DNA of 64,000 nt from Vicugna vicugna. Taxonomy: Eukaryota. Made by a program: the position numbers and the translations under genes. The notes under the pieces were generated by a model, which was given only the letters and a program-made list of their open reading frames with translations, searched no databases and was not told the origin of the DNA. How positions within the stretch are numbered: position 1 is the first letter of the stretch; the number at the start of each line of letters is the position of its first letter. Shown piece after piece: positions 37,925-50,015 of this stretch. The stretch spans positions 449,513 through 513,512 of the forward strand of contig MU057989.1 of NCBI GenBank assembly GCA_013265495.1. Reading direction: 5' to 3'.

Positions 37925-38900
37925 GAGGGTGGGAGAATTGTCTGGGGGTACGGCTCCAACCCTGGCAGGAGCTGGACTCCCGGTTACAAGGCACGGCCAC
38001 CCGCGGCCACGCAGGACCTAACGGCCGGAAAGCGCTCCGCGGGCCTGGAGATAGAGGGACACGAATACTTCCTCCGCCGGTTGAACCCGGACTGTGGCAG
38101 TCTGCAAGCGAGGAGCTGAGCGAGGCCCTCCCCGGAAGTACGTCACCTCTCCTTCCGGTTGGAGATCCCGTCACCCGTGCAGAGGGAGCGGACCGCAGCG
38201 GTGGAAGATTTTTGGCCAGTCTTAGCCGGGCCAGGCCGACCTGTGAGGTTCCGGTCCTGCGCCCCCGACCCCAGACCCTCGCTGGGCCCGCCTGACTGGC
38301 GCGGGCAGTGTCCTCCTTACAGCGGCGGCTGGAGGGGCGGAGACTTGCGCTTGAACCCAAGGAAGTGGAAGCGGTCTCCACAAAGCCAAGCCGTCTGAGG
38401 TAACGGAGAAGCGGTTTCCCCTTCGGCTCCGGAGCCTCCGAGAAACTCTGGCCGCAACCCAGGGTCGCTGTAGGGCGGGCGGGTGCTGAGCCACACTATT
38501 CCGGGCGAGACCGGCGTCAGCCTCCTGAGGCCGCTCTTTCCCAGCTTTGCGCAGACAGCGCCCGGGCCGCGCGCCCTTAGACCCCGCCCGGTACTGTGCT
38601 CGCGGGCGCGCGCGTCGTTGGCCCAGAGGCAGGGGTGGGCAATAGTGTCCACTTTCCCGCCTCCGCCGGCGTTTGCTTTGCTGGTTGTTGCTACCACAGG
38701 AGAGCTGGGCAGCCCAGCCTCAGGTCAGCGTCTGCTAATGAAAAAGCCCGGGAAGTGTGCCCGTACCTCCAAAGCCGGGTGGGCAAAGAGGAGCCGGCCA
38801 TCTGGGAGTACCGTGGCATCCTGGACAGAATTCGATGCCATTTCTGTTGGATCACCTCAGGGAAAGTAAAGCTCACGAGGTTCTCCTGAGGCTCGCTTAG
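37925..38900 (+). promoter_or_regulatory. CpG-island promoter 2 (ZNF75A-like copy) with non-coding first exon(s)
   Basis: High CpG. ETS/CRE-like ccggaagtacgtcac at 38132-38146, GC boxes, donor-like |gtaacg at 38400. Confidence 0.8.
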
Positions 38901-39846
38901 GGGACTAAGTGACCCTTGAAGAAACGTAGTCAGCAGAGTTTAATCGCCACCAATTTCCATTCTCTCCTTTTTTTGCGACTTGACATTTGGACAAACATTT
39001 TGTGAACAAAGGGCAGCTGTAATTTTTCCTAAGTCAAGTAAAGAGAAATTTAAAACACAAATATAAATCTTCTGCCTAGTGTTCTTTATACGTCTTGCAG
39101 AGAAATGCCAGATGAATGCTGAGTAGCTAATTACTCAATTGGGGCATGCATTTTGAGAATAAGGCTCCATTTTCCCTAATTACTTTCCTTCTACTCTGGT
39201 CTCACTGTTTTCCGCTCCCCTGCACCTATTCATGCATTGGAAAGGAGGACCTGCTGTGTTCCAAGAAGCGAACGTTTCTATCTTCCCAAGAGGATGGAGA
39301 GTCATGGAACTTGTACCCCTTACTAAAGATAGAAGAGTAGGATGCTATGTTCAAAGTCAAGAGGTCAGAATATTCTCCTAATCTTACCTTGACATGGAGA
39401 GGATGGAATAGGATTAACTCTTTGAATAAATCCCAAATACTTTACAGCCAGTAGGTACTAATATTTACTAATTTTCTCACCCACCAAACTTTTGTGATTT
39501 TTTTTAAAGACAAAGTCATTTATTGGCATTTTTATTCAATGAGCTGTGCTATATGTATTCTGTTGAGTAGTAGAAAGAAAAAGAGAGAAACAAAAATAAA
39601 ATGAAGAAAGAAAAAGAGAAACAAGGGCCTGGCAGTTGATTTGTAAAGTTCATTTTTCTCTCACAATAAGTAGCACGTAGTAAGGTTCATGTGACTTTCT
39701 TATTGACATGCACTTTTTTTCTCGCTTTAATGCTTTAGGAAGAAGACCCTTCCACTGATTTTCTTGCAGAGGATACTGGGCCTCAGTTGTCAAAGGTGGT
39801 GCTGGTGGAGTGTCCATCATTGGAACCAAATTGTTCCTAGAGCAGA

Positions 39847-40252
39847 ATGATGACAGTAGATCTGAAGGTGGGTGAGTACTTGAATCCTTAGATCAGGGAT
39901 CTGGGAGACCAAGAAACCTGTGACAGAGAGCTCCAGTCAGCACAAGAAATGTGTCCCACAAACAGACAGCCTCAGTCCTGAGAGGTCTCACCAACACTTC
40001 CAAAGCTTCCTGTATCATGAAGCAGCTGTACCCCTTGAGGCTGTTGACCATCTGCAGGAATTATACCATCAGTGGCTGAGTCCTGAGAGTCATTCAAAAG
40101 AGCAGATCTTGGACCTGCTGGTGTTAGAGCAGTTCCTGACCATTCTGCCCAGGGACACCCAGACCCAGATAAAGAAGCACCATCTACAGAGCGTCGAGGA
40201 GGCTGTGGTCCTGGTAGAATACTTGCAGAGGGAATCTGGTCAAATGAATGGG
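39847..40252 (+). CDS. ZNF75A: SCAN exon coding part (acceptor at ~39738); early stop and frameshift upstream of an otherwise open SCAN domain
   Basis: HSKEQILDLLVLEQFLTILP...VEEAVVLVEYLQRE; donor gtgaga at 40253. Confidence 0.75.
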
Positions 40253-41400
40253 GTGAGAAGAAAGATTCCTGGGTAAAATGGGGTGAAGGTGGAGATAGTG
40301 GGGTTGGGGTGGTTAATTTGAGAAATAAGATGGATTAGGTCACTGTTGTATTGTTCCTTTAGGACATCTAAGGCAGATCCTGAAAGCACAGACCTGCAGC
40401 AATAGTCAGTCCACTGGTTTCAGAGATCTTGGCAGACTTCTCTGGCCTTAGGGAAAGAGTTGTTTTTTGTCCTCTGGAGCCGAGATGTATTGAGGGTCAT
40501 GATCCTAGTCTGGCCTTGCCAGGGAGATAGGTATTGAGTTCTTAGAAACAAACAAAAGGGAATAAGGAGTTGGAGAGGAAGGGACAAGCCAAAAAAGGAG
40601 AAATTCCTGGAGACCAAAGAGAGTGAAGATAGTAAAGAAAAGGAGAAGCTACATGACTAGGGGAAGATTGCCAAGGAAGAGAAAACATAGAAAGAAAACA
40701 GGGAAAGAGATTTGGAAATCCCAACAGCAGCTGAGGAGTAGTGTCCTCTGTACCATGGACCGGAGCCTCCACTGCCCTCCCTTCATGGTGGTTCCCTGGC
40801 TCTGCTGCTGAGCGGGGATCTGGGGTATGCCCCTGGGCAGGTGGCAGCATACCAGCTGGCTTCAGACCTGCTGTGCATACCAGCCGGGGGGGGCACATGT
40901 TTTGTGTCAAAATCATTTGGAGAGAGGTTGGAGCCATGATTCTTTCCTCTTCCTTTTTTCTCTATTTCATCCATATGGAAAATCTGGTTGACAGGACAAC
41001 TTTTTAATTCAATTCTTTAAACTTTTGAGAAAACTGGAAGACAGGAAACCACCGAGGCAGGGGTCTAAGTTGGGAGAGAAAGCCTGTCAAGGCAGCATGA
41101 GAACAGGTGGCTGGTGTAACCCTGCTAGTGGTCTGAGCTGGGCTGTATGCAGAGGGTTGTGGGCTGCTGTCTTGGGGTGCTGGCAGTAGCCACAGCTTTT
41201 TTCCTTCTATTCCAGTTTTCCCAGATTTTGTGGCTAGCTCTTTGTAGAAAATTGGTGGCCCAGTATCTCTTTAAGTCTTTTTGTAATTTCCTTTATTGTC
41301 TCCCACCTCCTACAGTCTGTACTCTGCTTTTTCCTGCCTCTACCACCAACCCCCAAACAAACATGAATGCTCTGGTAACAAGGATGGGGATTATTTCTAG

Positions 41401-41596
41401 GTTGCAGTCCATGAGCTGGGAGAGGAAGCAGTGTTCTTGGGAGAAACAGCAGAGGCCCCAGGCTTCAAGCTGAAGCCAGCAGAGTCGCAGCCACTGGGCA
41501 TGTCCCAGAATGAAGAATTTTGGAATACACACCAGGGTCTACAGGAACCACTGAGCAGAAATACTCACAAAGAAACTGAGCCCATATGTGAGAGGG
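41401..41596 (+). CDS. ZNF75A: Post-SCAN linker exon
   Basis: ttatttctag| [26 protein letters not shown]...[11 protein letters not shown] |gtaagg, in frame with neighbouring exons. Confidence 0.8.
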
Positions 41597-42278
41597 GTAA
41601 GGAGCTTCATGTAATTTTCCTTCTCCTGGGAGCTGTGACAGTGATTTGTTAAGCCAGAATATTGTTAGCATTTTCTGGCCTGCCCTTTGGGTCTACTTAT
41701 GGTACCACATTAGCAGTTATAGTGCCTATCAGGTGGTGGTAGAATATACCAGGTGTGGATGAAGGTTCAGGTTGGCCTAAGGTACAGAAATATCCAAAGC
41801 ACAGAATCCTGGTAATAACAACAAGAACTCTGTTTTTTGGGGAAGTGGAAAGAGTTGGACCCACCTTATCCTGAATTTATACAGAAGGAATTGGGAACAC
41901 AAATGGGCTGTTAGTGACAGAATGTGAACACTATATATATATACCAGGAAAAGAGTAATAAATGGAAAAAAAAAACACAGCATCTCCTATTGTACCCTGA
42001 ATTCCCTGAGTATTTCATTTTCAATTTATGTCATAAGAGGGAAATAACAGAGTTTTTCCTTTCATTTATTTTGCTCATGAAAACTGGGGAACCTATTTTA
42101 GAGACTGGTAGATACTTGGTTTTATTTATAATGAGGCGGCCACTGCTGGGCACCACACACGCTTGTAAGGTGTCTTGTCTCTACTGAAAGAATCAGAATC
42201 TTCTACAAGTTTAGAAATGAGCCTAGAATAATCAAAGGCAGAAGGTAGAGAAATTTCCTCTGACTCTTCCACCCACAG

Positions 42279-42370
42279 CTGTGCCTGCTCACCAGATCCT
42301 AGCCTCTCCTGAGCAGACAGACACCAAGGACTGGACTGTGGCACCTGAGTTCTTCTTGTCTGAGTCCCAG
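42279..42370 (+). CDS. ZNF75A: Linker exon preceding KRAB
   Basis: acccacag| (A)VPAHQILASPEQTDTKDWTVAPEFFLSESQ |gtgagc; phases 1/0 fit. Confidence 0.75.
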
Positions 42371-42646
42371 GTGAGCTGTGCTTGGCAGCTCTTCAGGGCT
42401 GCCTTTCCCTGCTGCCCATGACCCACACTGCCCATCAGGTGCTCAAAGACATTAGTCCAGATGTTTCTTAGGACTTTGGGCACCTGTTTGCTGATCCTTT
42501 GCCTCCTTCTTTTCTGCCTTCTCACTTTAAAAAAAATCGTATGCTGTTCCTTCAGTACCTGATCTCTAACATACAGTTTATGGGCCAGATGGTTGGGCTC
42601 CTTTAGAAGTGTCAAGTACTGAGCTAAAGCCCATTATTTTCTTTAG

Positions 42647-42835
<189 letters not shown>

Positions 42836-42999
42836 TGAGAGAGTCTCTGTTCCAGTAGCTCACTGGTTCTCAAATAGTTGTTTTTGTATGGAAAAAATAT
42901 ATACCCACATCACCTGGGAGCTTTTCCCAAGTGCATATGCTCATTCCTCATCTAAAATTTTTATTCCCTTCCCTCCAAATCTGCTTTGCTCTTTTCTTT

Positions 43000-43840
43000 C
43001 TTGTCTCCCTAAAGGGCACCACCATTTACCCAGTATTGCAGGCAAGAAAACCCGTGGGTCATTCTTTACCATGATCTTGCCGTCGTACTACACTACTAGC
43101 ACGCCACTAATCATGTTGACTCCACCTTCACAGTGCAGCCTGAGTCTGACCATGTCTCAGCCTCTCAAGGGCACTTAGCATCCTGGTCTCAGCCAGTGGT
43201 GTTTCTATAGAGGTCCACCTTAGTGCTTTCTAACTGGCACCCCCTGCACCACTTCTGCCCTCCCACAGTCTTTTCCGCACAACAGCCAGATTCTTCTAAA
43301 AAACCTGATCAGATCGTGATGTTTTCTGCTTCAAAACCTTATGATGACTTTTCATCCCATTCAATATAGGATTCACATTTCCTCCCAAGACTCCCAGGAG
43401 CCTCCAAGATCTGACCCTTCAACTCCCTGCCATTGTCTCTGGCCACTCATGCCCTTGCTTAGTCCTCTTTTAATTCACACTGGTCATTTTGCTGTTTCAG
43501 GGACTTGCCTTAATTATTTTTTCCCCCTTCCTCCTGGCACTCTTCTGCCACATGGCAAAACTGGACTTAAGGGTTCTGCTCAGATACCACTTTCTCAAAG
43601 ACGCTGTTTATATAACCTTATCTAAAATAGCTTCACAGGAGCAGAATCTTAAATAGTCTCACCTAGCTTTAGTTTTTTTCAAAACCTTAGTCACTTGCTG
43701 GCATTTACATATTCACTGATGTTTATTTTCTTACTCTGCACTAGAATATAGCCCCATGAGCTATATTCACCACAATATCTGTAGCACGTAGAGAGAGCCT
43801 GGCACCTCATCACCACTCAGTATGAATTTATTGATTGAAA
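43000..43840 (+). mobile_element. L2 fragments in the KRAB A-B intron
   Basis: L2-like ggcaccaccatt..cccag, tctgcttcaaaaccttatgatgact, gagcctggcac...atttattgattgaa. Confidence 0.55.
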
Positions 43841-44407
43841 AGGTGATGAATATGTTCCATACTTGGTAATACGGTTTAGAGAAAATTGCTGAGTGATTCT
43901 GGTCTGTTTGTTCCACCTGAAGGTGAACCAGTGAGCTATGGAAGTGGTAGAAATCTTTCCTGGTCCAGTGTCTGCTGCTTGAGAGCTAAATAAAAAGTTA
44001 GTGTGATGATGACATGAATCACTTGTGCATAGGATACCCAACCCACTGACTCCCCTATACCTGGTCTTATTCCATATGAGTTCTCCTAAAGAGTTCATAG
44101 GACCAGGCTGTATTTCCTGCAGCATCTAGAGTTTGGTGAGTTTTAGTCTTATATGGAGTATTAGTGGCAGAAGAGGGGTAACATGCACTGGATTCCCATA
44201 CCCTTTCCATCGATACAATTTAGGTCTGTTTTGTAGCTATTTTGCAAATCCACTCAAATGCAGTATACTGTAAACTTAATAGTGGATATGAGAGTATTCA
44301 TTTAACCATTCTCGGTTACAGACTGTTAAAATGTCCTTTGCTCTTCCTAAAGTAGTCCAGTGAAGCATCGTTAGTTCAAATCCTTGACCTCAGTCTTTTT
44401 ATTTCAG

Positions 44408-44518
44408 CATTATTTGTGGTCCCCAAACCTAAAGTGATCTCCTGTCTAGAGCATGGGGAAGAGCCATGGATTCAAAGATCCCCAGAGTTCAAGGACAGTC
44501 CTGGAGAACTCCTTACAG
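44408..44518 (+). CDS. ZNF75A: KRAB-B exon
   Basis: LFVVPKPKVISCLEHGEEPWIQ; tttcag| and |gtaaac. Confidence 0.88.
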
Positions 44519-44706
44519 GTAAACGTACTGTGGGAGGAGGAGAAATGTGCCTTGATAGGAACCTTTCCAACAGCTTAACATTTTAAGATTCTACTTCCTT
44601 TTTTTTTTTTTTAAATCAGTGAACATTGCCTCTTTTTTTTTTTCCTATTCCTGGGATTTTCTTGTTATGCCGTACTGTTATATGATTCTTATGTTTATCC
44701 CAACAG

Positions 44707-45305
44707 AGAGAAAGCTGAAAAATGACACTGAAAAACATCAGCCTATATGTCTTTCTGAATTAGAAATACAAGCACCAGGAGACGTAGTATCAAAAAAAGC
44801 GAGAGTGAATGTTCCGCAAAAAACAACGGGCAAAGAGAATCATGGTGATGTGAACAGGGTTGGGAATTGGTACCAAGATTTTCCAATGAAGGAAAGAAAG
44901 AAACTTTCAAACTGGTGGGAAGAAGAGCTGCTGAAACTTATGGAGCTTCACCAGAAAGAACGTGCAGGGGAGAAACCTTTTAAATGCCAGGAATGTGGGA
45001 AAAGCTTCAGAGTTAGCGCTGACCTTATTAAGCACCAAAGAATTCACACTGAAGAGAAACCATATAAATGTCAACAGTGTAATAAGAGGTTTAGATGGAA
45101 GTCAGATCTTAATAAGCACTTAACAACACACCAAGGAATAAAACCGTATAAATGCTCATGGTGTGGGAAAAGCTTCAGTCAAAATTCACATCTACACACA
45201 CACCAAAGAACGCACACTGGAGAGAAACCCTTTACATGTCATGAATGTGGAAAAAAATTCAGCCAGAATTCCCACCTTATTAAACACCGGAGAACTCATC
45301 TGTAG
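44707..45305 (+). CDS. ZNF75A: Zinc-finger exon: 4 intact C2H2 fingers, fifth frameshifted
   Basis: Four CxxC-x12-HxxxH fingers with TGEKP-like linkers, then TAG. The out-of-frame remnant CSTCRRK...RL*QQKL follows at ~45301-45360. Confidence 0.9.
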
Positions 45306-46227
45306 CACATGCAGGAGAAAATTAAATGTGTGCTCAAGACGTCTTTGACAACAGAAACTTTGAAACCAGTGCAGAAAAACTTGTCCAGTTTCCTTAGTCT
45401 GAAGAAATAGACCACGCAGAACTTTACCCTTTATGAAAAAATAGAAAATTAAAAAGCATGAAGAATTTTTCACCAGGGGAAAATTGGGGGATATGAACAT
45501 CATGTTTCACAGAAAGGAATCAGGGTTGACTGTGGAGGGGAAACAGTAGTAGTTGTACTAAGTACTGTTTTTACCAAAAACTGAGGGAATTCTGCTGCAA
45601 AAAAGATGTTCCAAGAACATTCTGAGTAAGGGGAAAAGCTTTGTGGGGATTGTGCCTGGCAAAATAGCAGAACAGCTTCAAATACCAGACGTGTCATGAA
45701 TCAGTCTTCTGCGCTCACAGAGGTAAATACTGTCGATTTGCACTGATCTCCCCAGCCACTCTTAAACATGTGATAGAGCCAGTTGTAGTGTGGCCTTCCA
45801 AAGCAAAAAGCAGTTATATACATCTTACATACCATCATCTTCCAGGTAGCAGGATTACCATTTTCATGGGGCAGAAATGAATTCTAATATGGTTTTCAAT
45901 GAACCAAATTAGAGTTTCTTACTCTCTTTTGTCTTTGGATTGTGTTCACAAAGTTGATGATCACTTGAGTTCCTTCTTGAGCATTTTAGCAATTACCTCT
46001 CTTGAATCCTGTTGACGTAATTTTTCCTGTGATAAAATCATATTTACTTCACTGGTGGAGCATCTGCCAGGTGAACTAATAATGCACTGTGTTTGCTATG
46101 TGTATAACTAATGCAGTATGCCTCTCATTGGTGGTGTTTGAAAAGGGAATATCTTTAATGGTATCGTGTGGGCATGGTTTGGAGTTATTAGGCATGGAAT
46201 ATGCATTAGATGTAAAGAATTTTCTGC

Positions 46228-46233
46228 AATAAA
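46228..46233 (+). terminator. Candidate polyadenylation signal of the ZNF75A-like copy (AGTAAA at 514-519 in copy A)
   Basis: AATAAA ~920 bp after the stop codon; U/GU-rich stretch further downstream. Confidence 0.4.
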
Positions 46234-46980
46234 AGAAACTAGACTGCTTATCTTACAATGCCAATTGGATAAAACAGCCATAAAGATGACTTTTCCAAGG
46301 TCTAAATGGAAACTAATAGGAGTTTGGGATCAACTTCTCAGGTTTTTGTCTGTTTGCATTTTAATTTGGTTTTTGTTTGTTATTAACTACAAGAGAGGAT
46401 CTAGAGTGTATGCTGCACCAGGATCATGTGGTTCACTGGGTGATCTGGGAATCCAGTGAGCTGGAGACCAGGTTTCCAAAAGGGAAGATTTGGGAACCGA
46501 TGCTGAATGGCAGACAGGGATGGGCAAATGCACGTCTGTGGGGGTTGACTTGCACTGCAGCTGTTAGGCAGCAGGTCATCCTGTCTGTTTCCTCCATCGT
46601 GGCATTTAACAGCAGCCTCAGGTTACAAATTTGAGAGACTGCTGAAAATCTCTGGGCTGTGGATTTTCTTGTAACTCACTCTTTTATCTGCACTAGTGAT
46701 CTCAGTGTGTTCCTGCTAGAGCATTTCTGTATAATCAGGAAAGGAGTTAAATTGTCTCTTCCAAATCTCATACTTAATAAACAGGGAAGTTAAGGCTCAA
46801 AGAGATACAGAGGTGTGTTGAGACCCCGTAGCTCATGGGTCTGTTGGCTGTCACTTAGCTTCATCAGTCAGGATGGGAGGCAGGAATAGCAGGACTGATT
46901 TGTGTGCTATCCCTGCACAGCCATGCTGGGCGACATTGTATTGTATCTATTTCTGGCTTATAAGACATTCCTGTTTTCTT

Positions 46981-49900
46981 TTTTTCTTTTTAATAGACTT
47001 TATTCTTTTAGAGCAGTTTCAGGTTCACAATAGGATTGAGCAGAAAATACAGAGTTTGCACATAGCCAACATATAGATACTCCCTTACCTCCAATATCCC
47101 TCATTCGTGTGGCATATTTGGTACAATGAATGAACCAACATGGGTACATTATTATCAACCAAAATCCATAGTTCACATTACGGTTGTACATTTTATGGGC
47201 TTTGACAAATGCATAATGACATATAGCCACCACTATAGTATCATACAGAATAATTTCATTGCCCTAGAAATCCCTTGTGCTCCATCTGTTCATTCCTCCC
47301 TCCCTCCCTTTCCCCAGAACCCTGGAAACCACAATCTTTTTATTGTTTCTGTGGCTGTGTCTTTTCTAGAATGTCATTTGGTTGGAATCATACAGTCTGT
47401 AGCCTTTTCAGACTGGCTTCTTTCATTTAGTAATACGTCTTTTAAGTTTCTTCTATGTCTTTCATGGCTTGATCTTTTTTTTCCTTTTCACTGCACACAT
47501 ATTCTTTAATTTACATATATGTACTGTTCATTGTTTCTAAGAACATATAGAGCTTTAGCTTTTTAAGCTTACATAGTTATCAAAGGAATAAAGCCAACCA
47601 CGAAATAACAATTAACCCAAAAACATACATGTACCCTGCTATTAACAGCAATATTGTTTATGATTGCCAAGATATGGAAGCATCCTAAGTGCACATCATT
47701 AGTTGAATAGCTAATGGAGATGCAGCAGCATATAGATATTTATATGTCATGGAATATACCTCACCCATAAAAAAGAAGGATATTTTGCCATTTGCAGCCC
47801 TTCATTCACTGTTTTTTTTTTCCACTTCAAAAACCAGAATTTTATAACTGGTAGAGACATTTCCATTACATCAAAAACAACAAAACACCTATAAATAAAC
47901 TTAACTAAGGAGGTTACCTATACTCTGAAAACCGAAATGACACAAAGAAATGGAAAGATTTCTTGTGCTCTTGGATTGGAAGAATCAACACTATCAAAAT
48001 GCCCACACTACCCAAAGCAATCCACAGATCCAACGCAACCCCCACGGAAACACTCATGACATTCCTCACAGAACTAAAACAAAAAATTCAAAAATTCACA
48101 AGGAACTTACAAAAGACCCCGAACAGCCAAAGCAATCTTTTGTAGGTCTCTTTTTTTCTCTCTCTCTTCTTTTTGTTCTCTTTTCTTGCGGTGTGATGAC
48201 TACCAAGGTCCTTTAAAATTTGTTGTAAAGCAGGTTTGGTGGTGCTGAAATCTTTTCAGCTTTTGTTTATCTGTGAAGCTTTTGATTTCTCCATCAAGTC
48301 TGAACGAGAGCCTTACTGGATAGTGTATTCTTGGTTGTTAAGTTTCCCCCTTGCATCACTTTAACTACATTGTGCCACTCCCTTTTGGCTTGTAAAGTTT
48401 CTGCTGAAAAATTAGCTGATAACCTTATGGGAGTTCCCTTGTATGTTATTTGTTGCTTTTCTTTTGCTAATTTTAATATTTTCTCCTTATCCTTAATTGT
48501 TATTAATTTGATGACTATTTGCCTTGGTGTGCTCCTCTTTGGGTTGATTCTGTGTAGTCCTCTCTGCTTCCAGGACTTGGGTGACTGTTTCCTTTCCCAC
48601 GTTGGGGAAGTTTTTGTTATTATCTCTCCAAAAATTTTCCCGGGTACTTTCTCTCCTCTTTCTGGGACCCCTATAATGCGAATATTAGAGCGTGTCATGT
48701 TGTCCCAGAGTTCTCTTAAATTATCCTCATTCCTTTTTATTATTTTTTTTTCTGAAGTAGTGATTTCCACTAATCTGTCTTCTATCTCACTGATCCGTTC
48801 TTCTGCCTCGTTTAGTCTGTTCTTGGTTCCTTCTAGTGTATTGTTCATTTCAGTGATTTTATTCTTCAACTCTGGGTGTTCTTTATATTTTCCAACTCTT
48901 TGCTAAAAACTTCACTCTGTGCATCTATACTCCTCTTAAGTTCTCTGAACATCTTGATCATCATTACTTTAAACTGTCAGATAAATTACCTATTTCCTCA
49001 TCACTTATTTCTTCTTCTAGGATTTTATCTTGTGCTTGGCCTGGGAGATATTCCTTTGCTGCCTCATATCGCCTATCTTTCTATGTGTTTGTGGATTCCT
49101 TCCACAGGCTTTGGGATTATTGTTTTCTGATTTCTAGTATCTGCCCCTAGTGGATGGGGCTGGACTAGAGGCTTATGCAGGTTTCCTGACAGGAGGAGCC
49201 AGTGCCTGCTCACTGCTGTGTGAAGCTTGGTCCTGGACCTCTGGTGAGGTAGGGCTGTGTCTAGAGGCTTTCGTAGCTTAGGAAGTCTGACAGTGGATGT
49301 GGCTGTGTTCCCACCCTGTATGTTGTTTGGCCTGAGGCTTCTTTACAGGCTGTTGGGTGGGGCTAGGTCTTGGTGCTAATGATCCAATCAAGATGTCAGC
49401 CTCCAGAAAAGCTCATGTAGATTAACACCCCTGGAATGTCCGCCACCAGCTTTTATGTCCCCTGAGTGAGCCACAGCTGTCCCCCATGTCCCGAGGAGAC
49501 CCTCCAAATCCAGCACGCTGCTCTGGCTCAAGTTCCTACGAAATCACTGCCTCTGTCCTTGGACCTGGTACACATGAGTTTCTGTGTATGCTTCTCAAGC
49601 AAATGCAGTCTCAGTTTCCCCCAGTCCCATGAGGCTCCTGAAGCCAAGCCCACTGGCCTTCAAAACCAGGTTTCCTGGGGTCTCCTCTTCCAAGTGCCGA
49701 GACCTGAGGTGAGGAGCTCTAAGTGGAGCTTAGAGCTCTCACTACCGTGGGAGGACCTCTGTGACTTAAAAAATCTTCAGCTTGTGGGTTGCCCACCCTA
49801 GGGGTATGGGGACCAATTATATTGTGAGCACACCTCTCCTACACATCTTGCTGTGGTTCCATCTTTGTGTTTCCAGTTGCGGAAGATCTCTTTTGCTAGG

Positions 49901-50015
49901 TTCCAGTCTTTTTTTTTTTTTTGATGGTGGTTTTGCATTCAGTTGTGGCTTCATTGTAGTCACGAGGAGAGGTGAGCTTATGGTCCTATCACTCCACCAT
50001 CTTGACTGGAACTCC
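46981..50015 (-). mobile_element. Copy B-specific composite L1 insertion: L1 5'UTR plus ORF1 (50015-48140), inverted ORF2 pieces (~47600-48140), L1MC-like 3' end and poly(A)
   Basis: TSD aagacattcctgttt(t)ctt at 46962-46980 and 50016-50033; empty site at ~1251-1270. Minus-strand caagatgg near 50000; ORF1p-like ORF 48294-48869. Confidence 0.85.

Noticed and set aside
44619..44706. N-terminal extension of the 228-aa zinc-finger ORF
   Set aside because: Intronic pyrimidine-rich sequence upstream of the acceptor at 44706.
48331..48906. 191-aa hydrophobic plus-strand ORF
   Set aside because: Antisense shadow of L1 ORF1.
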